Shown: positions 13,199 through 26,740 of the stretch, piece by piece
Numbering within the stretch: position 1 is the first letter of the stretch
Layout of the letters: each line of letters starts with the position of its first letter
From: Schmidtea nova
Taxonomy: Eukaryota
NCBI GenBank assembly: GCA_044892505.1
Contig: CM097883.1
Coordinates: forward strand, 119,412,001-119,476,000
Length of the DNA: 64,000 nt
Reading direction: 5' to 3'
Position numbers and translations under genes: made by a program
Notes under the pieces: model-generated
Told to the model about the DNA's origin: nothing
The model's input: the letters and a program-made list of their open reading frames with translations, nothing else
The model's database searches: none

Positions 13199-14502
13199 TA
13201 AAAAGAATATAATGAATTTTTAAAGAATATACAAAGAATTTATAAGTGGTAAAATATAATGAAGAGGCCGAAGAAATTCAAAGCCAAAAAACAATCAGCA
13301 ATAAAGAGAAAGATAATTAATTAATTTTAAACTAGATTATAGGGTAATTATTATTTAGAAAAATTTTATTACAAAATAAAAATATTAGTGACCTAGCAAA
13401 GAAAAAAGTATATTCATTTATTTAATATTAAAATTCATAAAAAATTAATTATAAATAAATTATCACAACAACCAAAAAACACTAATAAATGAAAGATTAA
13501 CACTATCTAATTCCAAGGTCATACTATCAAATGAGAAACCCTATGTGCTATTAAATAATTCTGAAATTAGGGTCGTTCGCCAATATAGTAGATGTAAAAG
13601 TGTTCTCCATTTGGGTCAAGTTTATCTTGTTGTAGAAAAAGAAAATAATTTGAAAGCAAAATTTGAATAATTTCTACATTTCTCAGTGACAAGCTAAAGT
13701 CTTTTAGAATATTTTTTGGGAATATTTTTTTCAAAATGAGGTACACGAGGAATCAAGGCCAGATTTAATTCTTACTGCCAATCATATTAAATCCAATACT
13801 ACTAAAATGAATTCAATTCTGATTTTAAACCAAAGTATGAAAAACACTGAAATTTAAGTCCGGTACTAAAATAACATCCACAGTACACTCATTTCTTTTT
13901 CATATGGTAGAAGTGTTCCACTTAGATGCACATTAAAAAAAGAACATAAAAAGGTCACACTTTGAATTAAAAATTAAGAATATTTTTCATAGTAAAAGTA
14001 ATGGTAAACATAAAGAGCAATTTAAAATCAAACTAAACAGCAGCGTTTTAAAATTATGTAATTATAATTGAATATTTTATAAACCAAAATTATTTTTTAT
14101 GCTAGCTATTCACTTTCAATTTCTTCAAAAGAACTTTGGTAAAACAGTTCATACCTCTGCTCACATTTCCATATATACAAAAATCTTTATAGACCAAAAA
14201 TTTATAAATTTAATCATAATTTTATATATTATAATAGATTGAAGTATCAATAAGTTATTTTTTACAAATTGGCATGATGCATGAACAACGCAATATCTTA
14301 AAGAATACAAGGAGGCACGCTTTTTCCCAAAAAATTGAAGTTTGTCTGATAAAAAACAATCTAAAAATTGATTACTTAACCAAAATGTTATCTAACAGCA
14401 CTTTGTTTACATAATCCATAAGACTGTATTCCCAATACAGTCAGAAAGAAATACCTCAAAATCTAATTATTCTTAAAAATTCAAAGTAAAACATCATTCA
14501 AT

Positions 14503-14835
14503 NNNNNNNNNNNNNNNNNNNNNNNNNNNNNNNNNNNNNNNNNNNNNNNNNNNNNNNNNNNNNNNNNNNNNNNNNNNNNNNNNNNNNNNNNNNNNNNNNN
14601 NNNNNNNNNNNNNNNNNNNNNNNNNNNNNNNNNNNNNNNNNNNNNNNNNNNNNNNNNNNNNNNNNNNNNNNNNNNNNNNNNNNNNNNNNNNNNNNNNNNN
14701 NNNNNNNNNNNNNNNNNNNNNNNNNNNNNNNNNNNNNNNNNNNNNNNNNNNNNNNNNNNNNNNNNNNNNNNNNNNNNNNNNNNNNNNNNNNNNNNNNNNN
14801 NNNNNNNNNNNNNNNNNNNNNNNNNNNNNNNNNNN
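14503..14835. other. Assembly gap
   Basis: Run of N. Confidence 1.
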
Positions 14836-17635
14836 TTTTATTAATGTTATATTATTAATAAATACTGCATATTCTATATTTTATTTGTAACGAAGATATT
14901 TAACAAAATTATGAAATTGAATTAAATTAAATCAATTAAATCATTTATTCGTCGATTAAAATAAATGTCAATTAAATTGGAAGGTAAGCAACAATTATAT
15001 TTTTACTTTTTGTATTTAAGTGGAAATATTTTACATAAAATTCTTATAAATTTATATCTAACTAACTTTAAATCTAATTTAGTAATAAGAAATTCGAATT
15101 AATAAATTTTTTTAATGAAAATGTTATTGAGTTCAATTCAAAGAGTGCATGTAACATGATTTTTTGACATGGAGTAACTTTGTAATTTTTATAAAGTTGT
15201 GTGATTTATTAATATTTAAAATAAAATGAAATAATTGATGTTAGATTTATATAATTATTTAAATATCCAAATAGTTGGATGTTCGTAAGGAAAATACTTA
15301 GCTAATAAGGAATTATCACGATAAAATAAGATAAAATAACATTAACCCATATAATACTGAAACTCCTTTCTCATGTTAGCAACTCGTGTACAAATTCTAC
15401 ATAAAGCAATTAAAGAACGTCCATTGTGTGTTGTAATTATTGTAGGCTGTTTTAAATAGATTTTTACAAAAAAGGGATTGAAACTGTCAAATAAAACAAA
15501 TATAGTAGGGCAAACAAATAGGATTCTTAGTAATAAAGTTATTTGTATGGAAATTTAAAAATTAAATAATTTCTTTTCCCAGTCTATTATTAAAGGTTAG
15601 ATATTATTAAATTAAAAAGATGCGATTCGTTCTTTCCCCCGTTTCATTAAATTGCGAATTTGGAATATTAATCCACCCAACCATTAAAATGTATTTAAAA
15701 CTAACAGTGAAAAATAAATGGATGAAGAAAATTTAACAAGGGAAAGATTTATTTACCTAAATATAATTAATCATGGGTTAATTTTTTTTCAATATTACTT
15801 AAGAAAAAGATGACAGTAAAATTTGTTTTTGCCAATATGGTGCTTTGTGTTATAAATCCTTTATCCGAATTATGAGACAATTGATGATTATTTATTGTTA
15901 ATACATCTTTGAATGGTAACATTTGACAATCCGTGTGTATGTTCATCATTCTGCAGTCCAAGTATACACAACACGGCAGTTGACGTGATTTGTTATCACA
16001 AAATAGAGAAAAAAAAGAAAAGAAAATCGTTCGATTAGTCATCAAGCTGAAACACAAGCATTGTATGAATTTGTGCAGTCCCAATGCAGTTTGACATTGT
16101 TTATACTATCTCGTTTCGCACAAGCTTGACTAATAATACAATTTTTGAGGATTATTGAATAATTTCACATCCAAAAGTAATCATTACTGATAAGAAATTA
16201 ACTAACAATTAGAAATTTCAATAATCAGCGAAATTTGATATGGATAATCTTCAAATTTATTGTTATTGTGAATGGTAACTCGAATATGATATCATCTTAA
16301 GGATTGATAAGATATTGAGCTTTATTTGTTAATGAAATATTATCTTTAATGAAAGTTAGCTATTTTTAGAAAATCGAAAAATAATTTAATTAAATTATTT
16401 TTTTTACCGTTTTTACAATTTCAGAAGAAAATGAATTTTTTATTCTTTTATTTTATCCCTACCAATATCGGTTAAATTTTCGACCAATTAGATTCACTCA
16501 ACTACTAATTATAGTGTGATAAAAAATTTAACTGAAATGCAGAATCGGTAAAAAAGGTTCGCCAGGTGGGGGAATATAATTAAATGAGGCACAATTGGTT
16601 GTCATTGTATGTATGTGTGCATTCATGACTCCTTTCGGGTTTGTATATATAAAAGATAACCTAATAACTTGTATGCATTATGGTGTGCTTAGTGTAAAAT
16701 CAGGGTGCTGCATTATCTAATGATTTTCCTCGATACCGATTTGCCAATAGCTTATCTGCTCGATAGAAGCTCATTTGAAACAAGCCTAAACAAAACATAT
16801 TTTAATATAAAGACTTTTGTTTAATAACACTTCTATTCTTCAGATAACGTTTAACGTAAGTTATTATTTTTTTAATTTTATTATTTTAATTTTGATATTA
16901 ATTATAATTTTTTAACTTTTGTTATTAACGGTTTTAAATTAATTATCATTAACAGTTTTAATTCCCTAAGTAATAACAACGGTAATATTTAGTTATTTGG
17001 GCTTTTAATCGTCTTCATTGTCCAACTGTCATACTTTTCATGCCCATAGTCAATTTGAAAACCACTATTAAACAAACTGCCCATTTGTCACAATGTTACC
17101 GCCATTAAGGGAAAACAACGACTTTCGATAACGTAACATTATTACAATTGTATTTCAATTCCAGGTCATTGTTTATTTAGGAAAACTGACTTGGGGTTCT
17201 CAGTTTAAGGTTTTATGAATAAATATATATGTTTTATTTCCTTTGGGATTCAAGAATACTGTTTTTTACCTTAGAAAAATTTGTTTTACGCTGTTTTCAG
17301 TGATTGTAATTGTAAACTATGTTATAATTGTCATTTTGACAGCTTTGTGTATTATTGATGTTGGGCATTGTTTTGTACTTGTAACTATCGTATTATAAGT
17401 TTACAATGAATTATATATTTTGGGGAATTTTTTCAATATATTCGCTGTCATTTTAGATTATTTTTCCTTTAAATTTAGTATAAAATACTCTGCTGATGGA
17501 GATCTTAATTATTCTAAATAAGAGTAGAAATGTTTAATAGTCATAATTACTTTCAATTTGTGAGTAGTCTTTAACATTTTTGAGAAAATATGCATTTAAA
17601 ATTTTTTAAAAATTAAATTTTTTCAGGCTTTTGAA

Positions 17636-18537
17636 ATGGCTTCAAGAAGAAAATCTCATTTACCAAATCGAATTGATATTCAAGTCGATGATGATGACAA
17701 TATCATTGACGTTGGAGATTCAAGAACTACAACCAGTTCGTTAGACAAAATATTAAATTCAATTAAAAATGCCATTGAAGAATTGAATTGTTATGAGGAT
17801 AAACTTCGTTTAATTTCTGATATCCACCATGAACTCGATGAAATTAAAAATCAATATTCAGTAATTTTTTTAGTATTAATTTTATATTTATTTTTAAATT
17901 GTTTTCCTAAGAATTGCGAGGAATTACCATTGAACTTAATCACACCAAAAGAGGAAAAATCTACAAAATTTGAAAATAATGTGAGAACAAATAAAATATT
18001 AAAAAAACAAAATTGAAAATAATATACCATATTTAGATTCCACAGTTAGCTCCAGAAATGAACCGAAATCACGACTTTCAATTAAAGACAGCGGAAAATT
18101 TAATTTATGGAAACAATATTCTTAACACACTTTCTCCGTTAATATCAGCAAACTTCCCTTTCCAATGGAAATCCCAGCCCAGTCAAACAATTGCGAATGC
18201 ACTTTTAGCCCCGCAAACACAAAACATGGTATCAAATATCAACAATCCCGATTACAGATCGAACATCCTATTGAATTCAATTCCATCCAATAACCCATTC
18301 ATTAATGGATCAATGCAATCATCCACAGGTTTTCCATCGATAATCCCAACGAATCAAATGTCAGTTCTGAGTCACAATATTCTCAACAATTTCATATCAA
18401 GTATGAACAGCTCAATGATGCCTCTAGCTGGCAACTCACCGATCACCCCAAGCTACAACTCTTCATCTGTCTCATCAGATTACGCAGATTTCAATGAGCG
18501 GAAAAATAATCCCGCCGAAATCAATCATAACAACAAC

Positions 18538-18568
<31 letters not shown>

Positions 18569-21332
18569 CCGAGGTAGGCTTATTGAATGCACGCATCATT
18601 CGCGCAAACCGGCCAGGAGAAATAGAAAATCGAACGAATCATGTTAAACGACCAATGAATGCATTTATGGTTTGGTCACGCGAAGAACGCAGCAAAATAT
18701 TGAAAGTAATTTCTTTTGAATTTTTTACTAAGCTTTTTTTAAAAATATGAGTAGAAATTTTAATTATCATTAATAATTTTATAATTAAGGCTTGTCCCGA
18801 TATGCACAACAGTAATATATCGAAGTTGCTTGGTAAAAAATGGAAAGAAATGTCAGCTATCGATAAGCGACCGTATTATGAAGAACAATCGCGATTGAGT
18901 CGGCAACACATGGAGGAGCATCCTGATTATCGATACAAACCAAGACCAAAGCGAACTTGTATAATTAATGGACGAAAATTACGAATTTCCGAATATAAAG
19001 ACCTGATTAAATTAAGAAAATCGAAAATGCCAGATTTGGATATGTCAGTCGATATGGAAAATAGCTGGGAAGGTAATATTTTTATTTTATTATTTTTATT
19101 TCTATTATTTATTATATTATTATTATTTTTATTTATTAATTTAATTTCTATTATTATTATTTTAATTTTAATTATTATTTATTTTTTTTTATTTCTATTA
19201 TTTATTATATTATTATAATTTTAATTTCTATTATTATTATTTTTTATTTAATTTTAATTATTTTTTTTATTATTTTAATTTTAATTTCTGTTATTATTTT
19301 CTGTTTAATTTTTCTTTTTATTTCTATTATTATTTGTATTTTTATTTAATTTCTATTATTATTATTTTTTTTATTAATTTAATTTCTATTATTATTATTT
19401 TAATTTTAATTATTATTTATTTTTTTATTATTTTAATTTTTATTTCTATTATTATTATTTTTTATTTAATTTTAATTATTTTTTTTATTATTTTAATTTT
19501 AATTTCTGTTATTATTTTCTGTTTAATTTTTCTTTTTATTTCTATTATTATTTATTTATTATTTTCTTTTTATTTATTATATTATTTGTATTTCTATTAT
19601 TATTTGTATTTTTATTTAATTTCTATTATTATTATTTTTTATTTAATTTTAATTCCTATGATTATTTTTATTTTTATTTTAAAATTATATAGTTTAATTT
19701 TACTATTTTAAGCAAAAGCAAAAAATAAATCCCTTTAGCATGGGGAAATTCTTTAAATTTGACTTTTACTAAATTACTTTTTCAAAATCACTTGAAATGC
19801 TGTAATTTTGAATTTTATAAGATTTCCAATGCATACTTAATACTGTTTTTATACCACGTTTCATAAAAATACTTGTTAAAGATGGGTAATGTATCTATGG
19901 GAAAATAAGAGATCAGCAAAAGAAATATATGGAAATTGTATATTTATATAAAAATGTATTATAAAATAAATTTGGGTTTGAAAAGAAAAATTAATATTAC
20001 ACCATAATAAGGCTTTATTCGTGATGATTTCTGATAAAAATTTGGTGCAATATCATTAAAAAATATCTTGATCATCTTTTTGTGTTGTTTTACGAACGAA
20101 TTCAATTATTAATAATTCGTGTAAAAAGAAAATTTAATTAAGATTTTAAAATTTATTAAATTAGATTTAATAAAAAAATTATTATTATTATAAAATATTA
20201 AATCTACTTTATTTTAGATCAAATTCCTCTTAGGGAAATTTAAAACTGATATTAGAAAAAATAATAAGATCGTTTTAATTTTTAAGACAATAACTCAAAA
20301 AAAATTCCTAAACACGAATTATCGACGATTCCTTTTTAAAGTGTTTATTTTTCAAACATTTAAAAAAGAATCTGTCCAATCTGGTGTTTGAAAATAATTT
20401 TTTTTGATCTATTGTCTTTAAAATGAAAATCTATGAAATTTAAAAAAAATGAGAGCAAAGGTGACGAAAATCAAAGAATTAAGAGGAATATTTTTTCTGT
20501 AAATCCTATTTATTTATGCTTTTTTAGGTTATTTCAATAATTTTAAGTTTCAATTGTTTTTTATATATTCACTTATCCTGTGAATATTTGAGATTAGAAT
20601 TCATGTAAAAACAAGCCAAGTATTCGGCTATTAATTATTCAAGTAACCTAAAAATTTATCAACTGATATAATTAAATTTAGTAGTAATATAGGTTTCGTT
20701 TTTTTCTAGTATTTTAGAAATTTTTGATAATTAAAATCAAAAGTAAGTAAAATTTAATTCAAATGTCTTAAATATGACTCTTAGGAGCAAAATTGTTTTT
20801 TATACTTCTAGTTTATTAAAATTCACCAAAATTTATTCTAAAACGTATTTAATTTTATTATTNNNNNNNNNNNNNNNNNNNNNNNNNNNNNNNNNNNNNN
20901 NNNNNNNNNNNNNNNNNNNNNNNNNNNNNNNNNNNNNNNNNNNNNNNNNNNNNNNNNNNNNNNNNNNNNNNNNNNNNNNNNNNNNNNNNNNNNNNNNNNN
21001 NNNNNNNNNNNNNNNNNNNNNNNNNNNNNNNNNNNNNNNNNNNNNNNNNNNNNNNNNNNNNNNNNNNNNNNNNNNNAAAAGTAATATCGACAGGGAAGAG
21101 TGAAACAAGTTCTCTTAGTGATGCCTACACAGAATTTAATCAAGAAAACCCAATAATTGAAAATCAGGTCACCTACTCCTCACCGTTGTCTACCAATCAC
21201 TTTCCAGAATCATTCAATACAGAAAATAAAACCAACACAATCAATTACGATCATTCTGCACAGAAATCTGATTTACCTGCTAAAATTGATTTTACTGCCT
21301 TGTCAGACAATTCATTCCCTATCAAGTGCTAA
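17636..21332 (+). CDS. SoxD: SoxD-group HMG-box transcription factor (Sox5/6/13, Sox102F, egl-13-like), ~494 aa; exons 17636-17860, 17912-17980, 18037-18705, 18790-19072, 21094-21332
   Basis: [22 protein letters not shown]|[15 protein letters not shown]...[22 protein letters not shown] (the post-HMG tail is SoxD-specific); N-terminal MASRRKS, coiled coil, PLNL motif; GT-AG introns with consistent phases. The last acceptor lies next to a gap and is less certain. Confidence 0.93.
18527..18565 (+). repeat. (AAC/AAT)n encoding a poly-Asn tract just upstream of the HMG box
   Basis: [14 protein letters not shown] in exon 3. Confidence 0.9.
19075..19710. repeat. Very T/A-rich low-complexity tandem repeat in SoxD intron 4
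   Basis: Recurrent TTAATTTCTATTATTATT units and a repeated ~70-nt block (~19268 and ~19490); almost no G. Confidence 0.9.
20863..21076. other. Assembly gap
   Basis: Run of N. Confidence 1.
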
Positions 21333-22073
21333 TTTTGTAGTTGACAACAAACATAAATGTGTACAGATTTTATATTTATTTTAATCTCTGCTCTATCAAA
21401 TTCGATATGGCTTTTAAAAAATATATTTATATTTATATTTATTGGATTTATATCTTTTAGGAATAGATATCATTATTTTGTGATTTTCTTATTAATCGTA
21501 ATAATGCACATAATTATAAATAAAATCATACTGATTCGCAAACACAGTCCCATTTTCGTGTAAACAACAATTGGTAAGAGAAAAAAAACATTAGCAACGA
21601 AAATCTGATTTGTTTTTTTTGTTTATAATTTCTTCTGTTATTCATTGCAAGTGTGCTACAACATCAATAGGTAATGGAAATAGCAGTGCTACACTGAAGC
21701 TGTGCGTCATTAATGAGATTCTGTGTATTTTTGTGTTTGGGAATTTTACAATTCACCGTAGATAATATTCACATTCGTATTGTAAGTCTGAAGCAAGCAC
21801 TTGTGATTGATTATTACATCATCGTTTGAATGAATATTACAATTTGTTTTCACGAATTACTTGAAACAATAAAATTGTGTATAAGGCTGTTAATGTGTGA
21901 CATTTTTTTTCTAAATATTCTTTCTTTGAAACTGCATTTTGTCGTTTCTTGATTTTTTTCTGTACTTTTTTGTTATGATTTGGCAATCTATAATTATAAA
22001 ACAATTATGACAATCATAATTTATTCTTCAAATTCATTAGTATGTAGGATATACTTTTTATTACTATCACATC

Positions 22074-24556
22074 TAGAGTATAGAAAATCTCGATGTTTTG
22101 AGGCTCGAGCTCGATTATTTTTCGAGCTTTAGAGTTTAAAATATAATGGTGCATACGTACTAAGAGGAATAATCAAATTAAAATTTTAATTTAGACATCA
22201 AATCATTTAAATTTATTTTATCAAAATTTATTTAGACATTCTTATTAATAAAATAGTACTTCAAGAAAACTAGAGCGTGCAATGATTCATCTGATAGCTT
22301 TGACCGAATCTTGGTACTGAAATTATTAGCCACTGAAAATGCTCTCTGAATCAATAGATGTTGGTTTGATTGTATTGATCGCATCAAGTAATCGCTTCAG
22401 ATTTTCTGTCAATTCACCATTACTTTTTGATAAAGTAAATTCTTGGTGTAACTTTTTGTATCGATCAATCCGAACCGGTTTTGTGATTGGAGCTTCAAAT
22501 AGACCTCTAAGTTCATCTTCAAGTGAAGCTTCAACAATTCTAGTTAATTGTATTTCGTCACCAGTTTCTTCAACTTCATTGGTTGAAATGTTTAGCGACG
22601 GAAGAAGACGATTCATCAAAGCGGTCGCTATTTGAATAGAAGCTTTTTATGGTATTAAGATCATTTAGTGAATTCATTAGATCCATACTGTCACGGTTAA
22701 TTCTACTATTAATGTAAAAATCAATGTTTTCTAGACTTATTTCAGTTTCTTGTTCCGTTAATATCAGTCGCAGAAAATTAATAGTAATATAAGCGGTACT
22801 TAAAGTAGCTTTTTTAACTCATAGCATTAAGTGTTGCTTCAACTGGTTTCAATGCCAAGACTATCGATTTCAATACTTCTAAGTTGAAATCATTCAAAAG
22901 ATGTTCAGACTCTGATTCAATAAGTGATTCTTTAGTAACATCGTATAATTTGATAAAAGGTTTCAAGTATTTTTAGCATTGAATTCCATCTAGTTTTACA
23001 GTCAAGGGTGAGTTGTTGCTCTCTTTGAAATTTTTCTGTACATTTAAATTTGAATAAATCTGATCGCATGGCCGAAATTTAAAAAAAAATTAGAACGTGT
23101 CTCACAAGATTGATGTTTTCCTTGAACGATTCACTCATTATCTCAATTTCGTCAATTTTGCCACTCATATCATTGATTTTATCAAAATTTTCTATTTCTT
23201 GTAAATCTTCGTCAGCAGTCCCTTGTAAATCTTCGTCTTCAGTTCATTGAGTCATAATACACTTTGTATATAATGTTTTTGTAACAGCCAAATATAAGCC
23301 ATGGTCAATACAAATTTGATAAATTGCAAATGATTCTTTTCCAAACTTGATCATAACACTTGCTCCATTACCAGTGGAAGCAACAATATCGTGCTTGATT
23401 AAAAGCCCAAAGGAATTGAGATGTTTCTCAACGAGTTCATTCCTTTTTTGGCATCACAACTACCAAATATTCTGACAAGTTCAAGATTGATGCATTTTAG
23501 TGAGACAGTATGGAGGTTTATGTTGAGAAATCGACGATTACCCATACTTGTCCATTCATCCAATGTAATTGAAATTTTTTTTGATTTTGAAAGATCTTTT
23601 TTAATATCATTCAAGACTTGTTGTTTCACTGTTTCCATAAACCTATGAACTAGAGCCATCACAGACCTTCCATTAGCTGGAAGCATCATACCCCTTGAAG
23701 CCAAAGATTGGTGAATAAATTCTGAATGAGTGATTTTTCGAATTGACAACCCATCACTGCAGCCATCTTTGATACAATCTCTTCAAGAGATGTTTTAAAC
23801 AAGAAACTATCCAAAGTTTTCATTCTATTCGGTGACATCTCTAACTCAACATTATCAACATCAACGTGATGAATAGTGATTAGATGACGACGCATTGTTG
23901 AAGTATTTCCTTGCTGAATAGAATTATTTTGGTTGCAATCATTATAATTGCATCTTGCGATATTTTGGTCTTGCTTTGTGAAATAACTCCAAGCTGATGA
24001 TTTTTTATTCTTTGATATGGTCGCTAGGGTTAGAAGTTAAACGTTTATTATTAGTAATATAATAAAATACAAAATAAAGAAGAACAGGTACTCACAATAA
24101 TAAAAATAACTGGTTAACTTTCTCCATTTATTATAATAAATAATGCAATTGAATGAGATTAACAGAACATTAAAATATGGAAAACAGGTAAATATTTACT
24201 ACTTATAGGTATCTGTCTATATCTGTCGTTCTGGCTCATTCCGCGCAACCAATACATATATCATAACTGTACATTAAAGCACTTTTCTGCACACATAAAC
24301 GTTTGGATACAGCGTTAAATACAAAAATGTTGAACCTAAATCAGAATTCTACACAAATTTAACTAAATTTAAAATATATACAAATTACTTTGAAAAAATA
24401 TACACACATCTTGATTCTAACGATAAAAGGAACTCTTATTTAAATATAGACTTATAATAATGTATCGATACTCAAAGCTCATCGACCTTTTAAATTGAGC
24501 ATCGAGCTCCAAAAATGGTTTAAAATCATCGAGCCTCGCGCTGGTGTCAAACCTTA
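22074..24556 (-). mobile_element. Full-length but degenerate hAT transposon with a BED-finger transposase
   Basis: 8-bp TSD ATCACATC (22066-22073, 24557-24564); subterminal GAGGCTCGA; SAWSYF..ARC...C..TSTMRRHL..H BED finger; ITLDEWTS; C-terminal NTIKPTSIDSESIFS. Confidence 0.92.
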
Positions 24557-24992
24557 ATCACATCACACTTTAAAATTGGTAACTGTCTTCATTGCAAATT
24601 TCAATATACAGCTATTAGAGACAAATATTTAGAGCCATAGTATCAATATAAAATATTTGATGAAAATTTTGTGTTCTGACTTCTAATATGATTGTTTTGT
24701 TCCCTATATAAAATAAAATTTATTTAGTACCAACTACAAATAATAAAGATGGCATGAGGATGTACTTCTATCGTATTGCCTGATAACAATATTCTAATAT
24801 TTTGCGCTAAATTGCCTATATATTTAAAAATCAATAATTTATATCATAATTTTGGTTTAATAAAAATCAATCAGGAGGATTGCCTACATATTGCCCATAC
24901 ATCCAAATTTTGCTTGGATAATATCAATTTCCCAACAAGAAGAAAAATATAAAGAAGTGTGTTCTTCATTTAATCCGGAATTCGAAACACTT

Positions 24993-25540
24993 CTATTTTA
25001 ATCGTTTTGAATTTTTTGTTGCAATCGAAAAATTATATGATTGGGATTTTTCATAATGTAGGAATGCTAAAAGCAAATAAGATTTTAGTAATAGAAATTG
25101 ATCTCCAATTGACAAGTTGGTCTTTGGCAACCGGAAATCCTGACCGATGATAACAAGAGTTGAAATGAGCAAGCTCCATGGCATTCCGTATTGATTGATT
25201 TCTGGTGCTGGCGAATAATCCTTTAATCGAGATTGATTGTGATCCAATGTATTGATTTGTAGATTTTTTGAGTTAGTCATTTTAGATTTGTCTGGATAGT
25301 ATATTAATATTGATCCAGTTGTTGACAAGCATCTTCCAGTTTGTAAGACTTCTTTACGCATTCCAGCAGCGAAACATTTCTGCAATCTACGGAACTGGCA
25401 ATTGTTTCTTCTTTGAATATCGACTACACAATCTCCACTAGAGTAGAACTGATAATTGTTGACATTTGATGAAAACGAGTCGCTGTGAATGTCTTGAGTG
25501 AATGGGTATATCGAATCATTGTTAACAGCTTGTATTTTTT
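24993..25540 (-). pseudogene. Nuclear hormone receptor fragment: second Zn finger, T-box, hinge and start of LBD
   Basis: GDCVVDIQRRNNCQFRRLQKCFAAGMRKEVLQ (one ligand Cys replaced by Arg); LBD signature F...LSIGDQFLLL; no first finger seen. Confidence 0.8.
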
Positions 25541-25709
25541 TTGATCAGCGTGAAAAAGTGAAAATATGTAAATATTAAAACAACATCTAATTTAATCCAT
25601 TTAATAATTAATTAATTTATAAAATTGAAAATTTAATCTAAGGCACTACACATAACTATTATTATTATATTTGGTAATTCAAAGCATTTTAATTAATTGT
25701 TTTTTATTA

Positions 25710-26740
25710 GGCAGAAGTTTCTACTGCAGCCATTGCAATTACAATACTTGATAACAATCAAGCTCTGCTAGTGAACACTGAGTATATCCTTAAGATAAGC
25801 CATACAAATGTTATCAAAACTGTGATGCGTACTCTAATTGAATAATGCTTTAATTTTAATGATGTTACTTCCTTTGTTAGTGACTATGCCACAAACATGA
25901 AAAGTGTTTCAGTGCCTTCTTACATGGTGTACTATCCCGTTGTATTCTTATGACTAACTAGGCTCACATTCTGTCGCTGGTTAAATATACATTTCGAGTA
26001 CATATAAAGAAAGGCGATCCACTAATTGTCTATCATTACGCGTTCGAATTCCTGGTGGGAAGCAGTTGTTGATCATTCCAAACACATTTCCCACTGCGCT
26101 AGGTAGCACGGTTGAACTGGAGAAACTAACAAAATGTTGGAAGGATAAAAAATAGTTCAATTAAATAAGGAATTTAATTTCATAGCTTTAAGAAGTGTCG
26201 AATAATGTAGATTCTGACTGCATTCGAAAGTCATATATTCCTAGTCAAGGATACATACTATAAAGTTAGTGATCTTTAGGCATGACTGCAAATCCCCGGA
26301 ACTTTATTTCCAACTCCAAGTTGTAAAATTACCATGAAAAAAGCAGAGCAGAACTTAACTCAATATGTTGATGGTGACAAATATCAAGGAATTCATCCAT
26401 TGAAAGCCATACATATCTTCAACCCACATCAAATGTCATTTTTGTCAAAACATATTTTTAACCACTGTCTTGGATTGCTATATCTAACTACGACTGCTTC
26501 TAAGTTAGAAGTTTATGTCGACATTTTTGAAGAGAAAAATATACTATCTGAAGTTGTTGAAACATTTGTGCGGCTGTGACAGAACGATTCCCGCCATTAT
26601 ATTTACAAACATAGATTTTTCTTGACATCCAAGTGGCAAGTTTATACGTTGAACAATTTTTCTCCGAGTATGGTAATGTACTTTCCACTATTCATAAATC
26701 TCTTTTCGAAACTAATAAGGACTTATATTGTTTTATATTT
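25710..26740 (+). pseudogene. hAT (CGGBP1-like) transposase relic
   Basis: VTSFVSDYATNMK; TRSNSWWEAV; KAIHIFNP; SLYVEQFFSEYGNVLS (dimerisation motif); many lesions. Confidence 0.65.

Noticed and set aside
13500-14500. Coding-like minus-strand patches
   Set aside because: Stops in all frames and no recognisable motif.
19334-19711. Ile/Phe/Leu-rich membrane-protein-like ORF
   Set aside because: Translation of a T/A low-complexity intronic repeat.
20774-21143. ORFs spanning N runs (also 43170-43502)
   Set aside because: Artefacts of assembly gaps.
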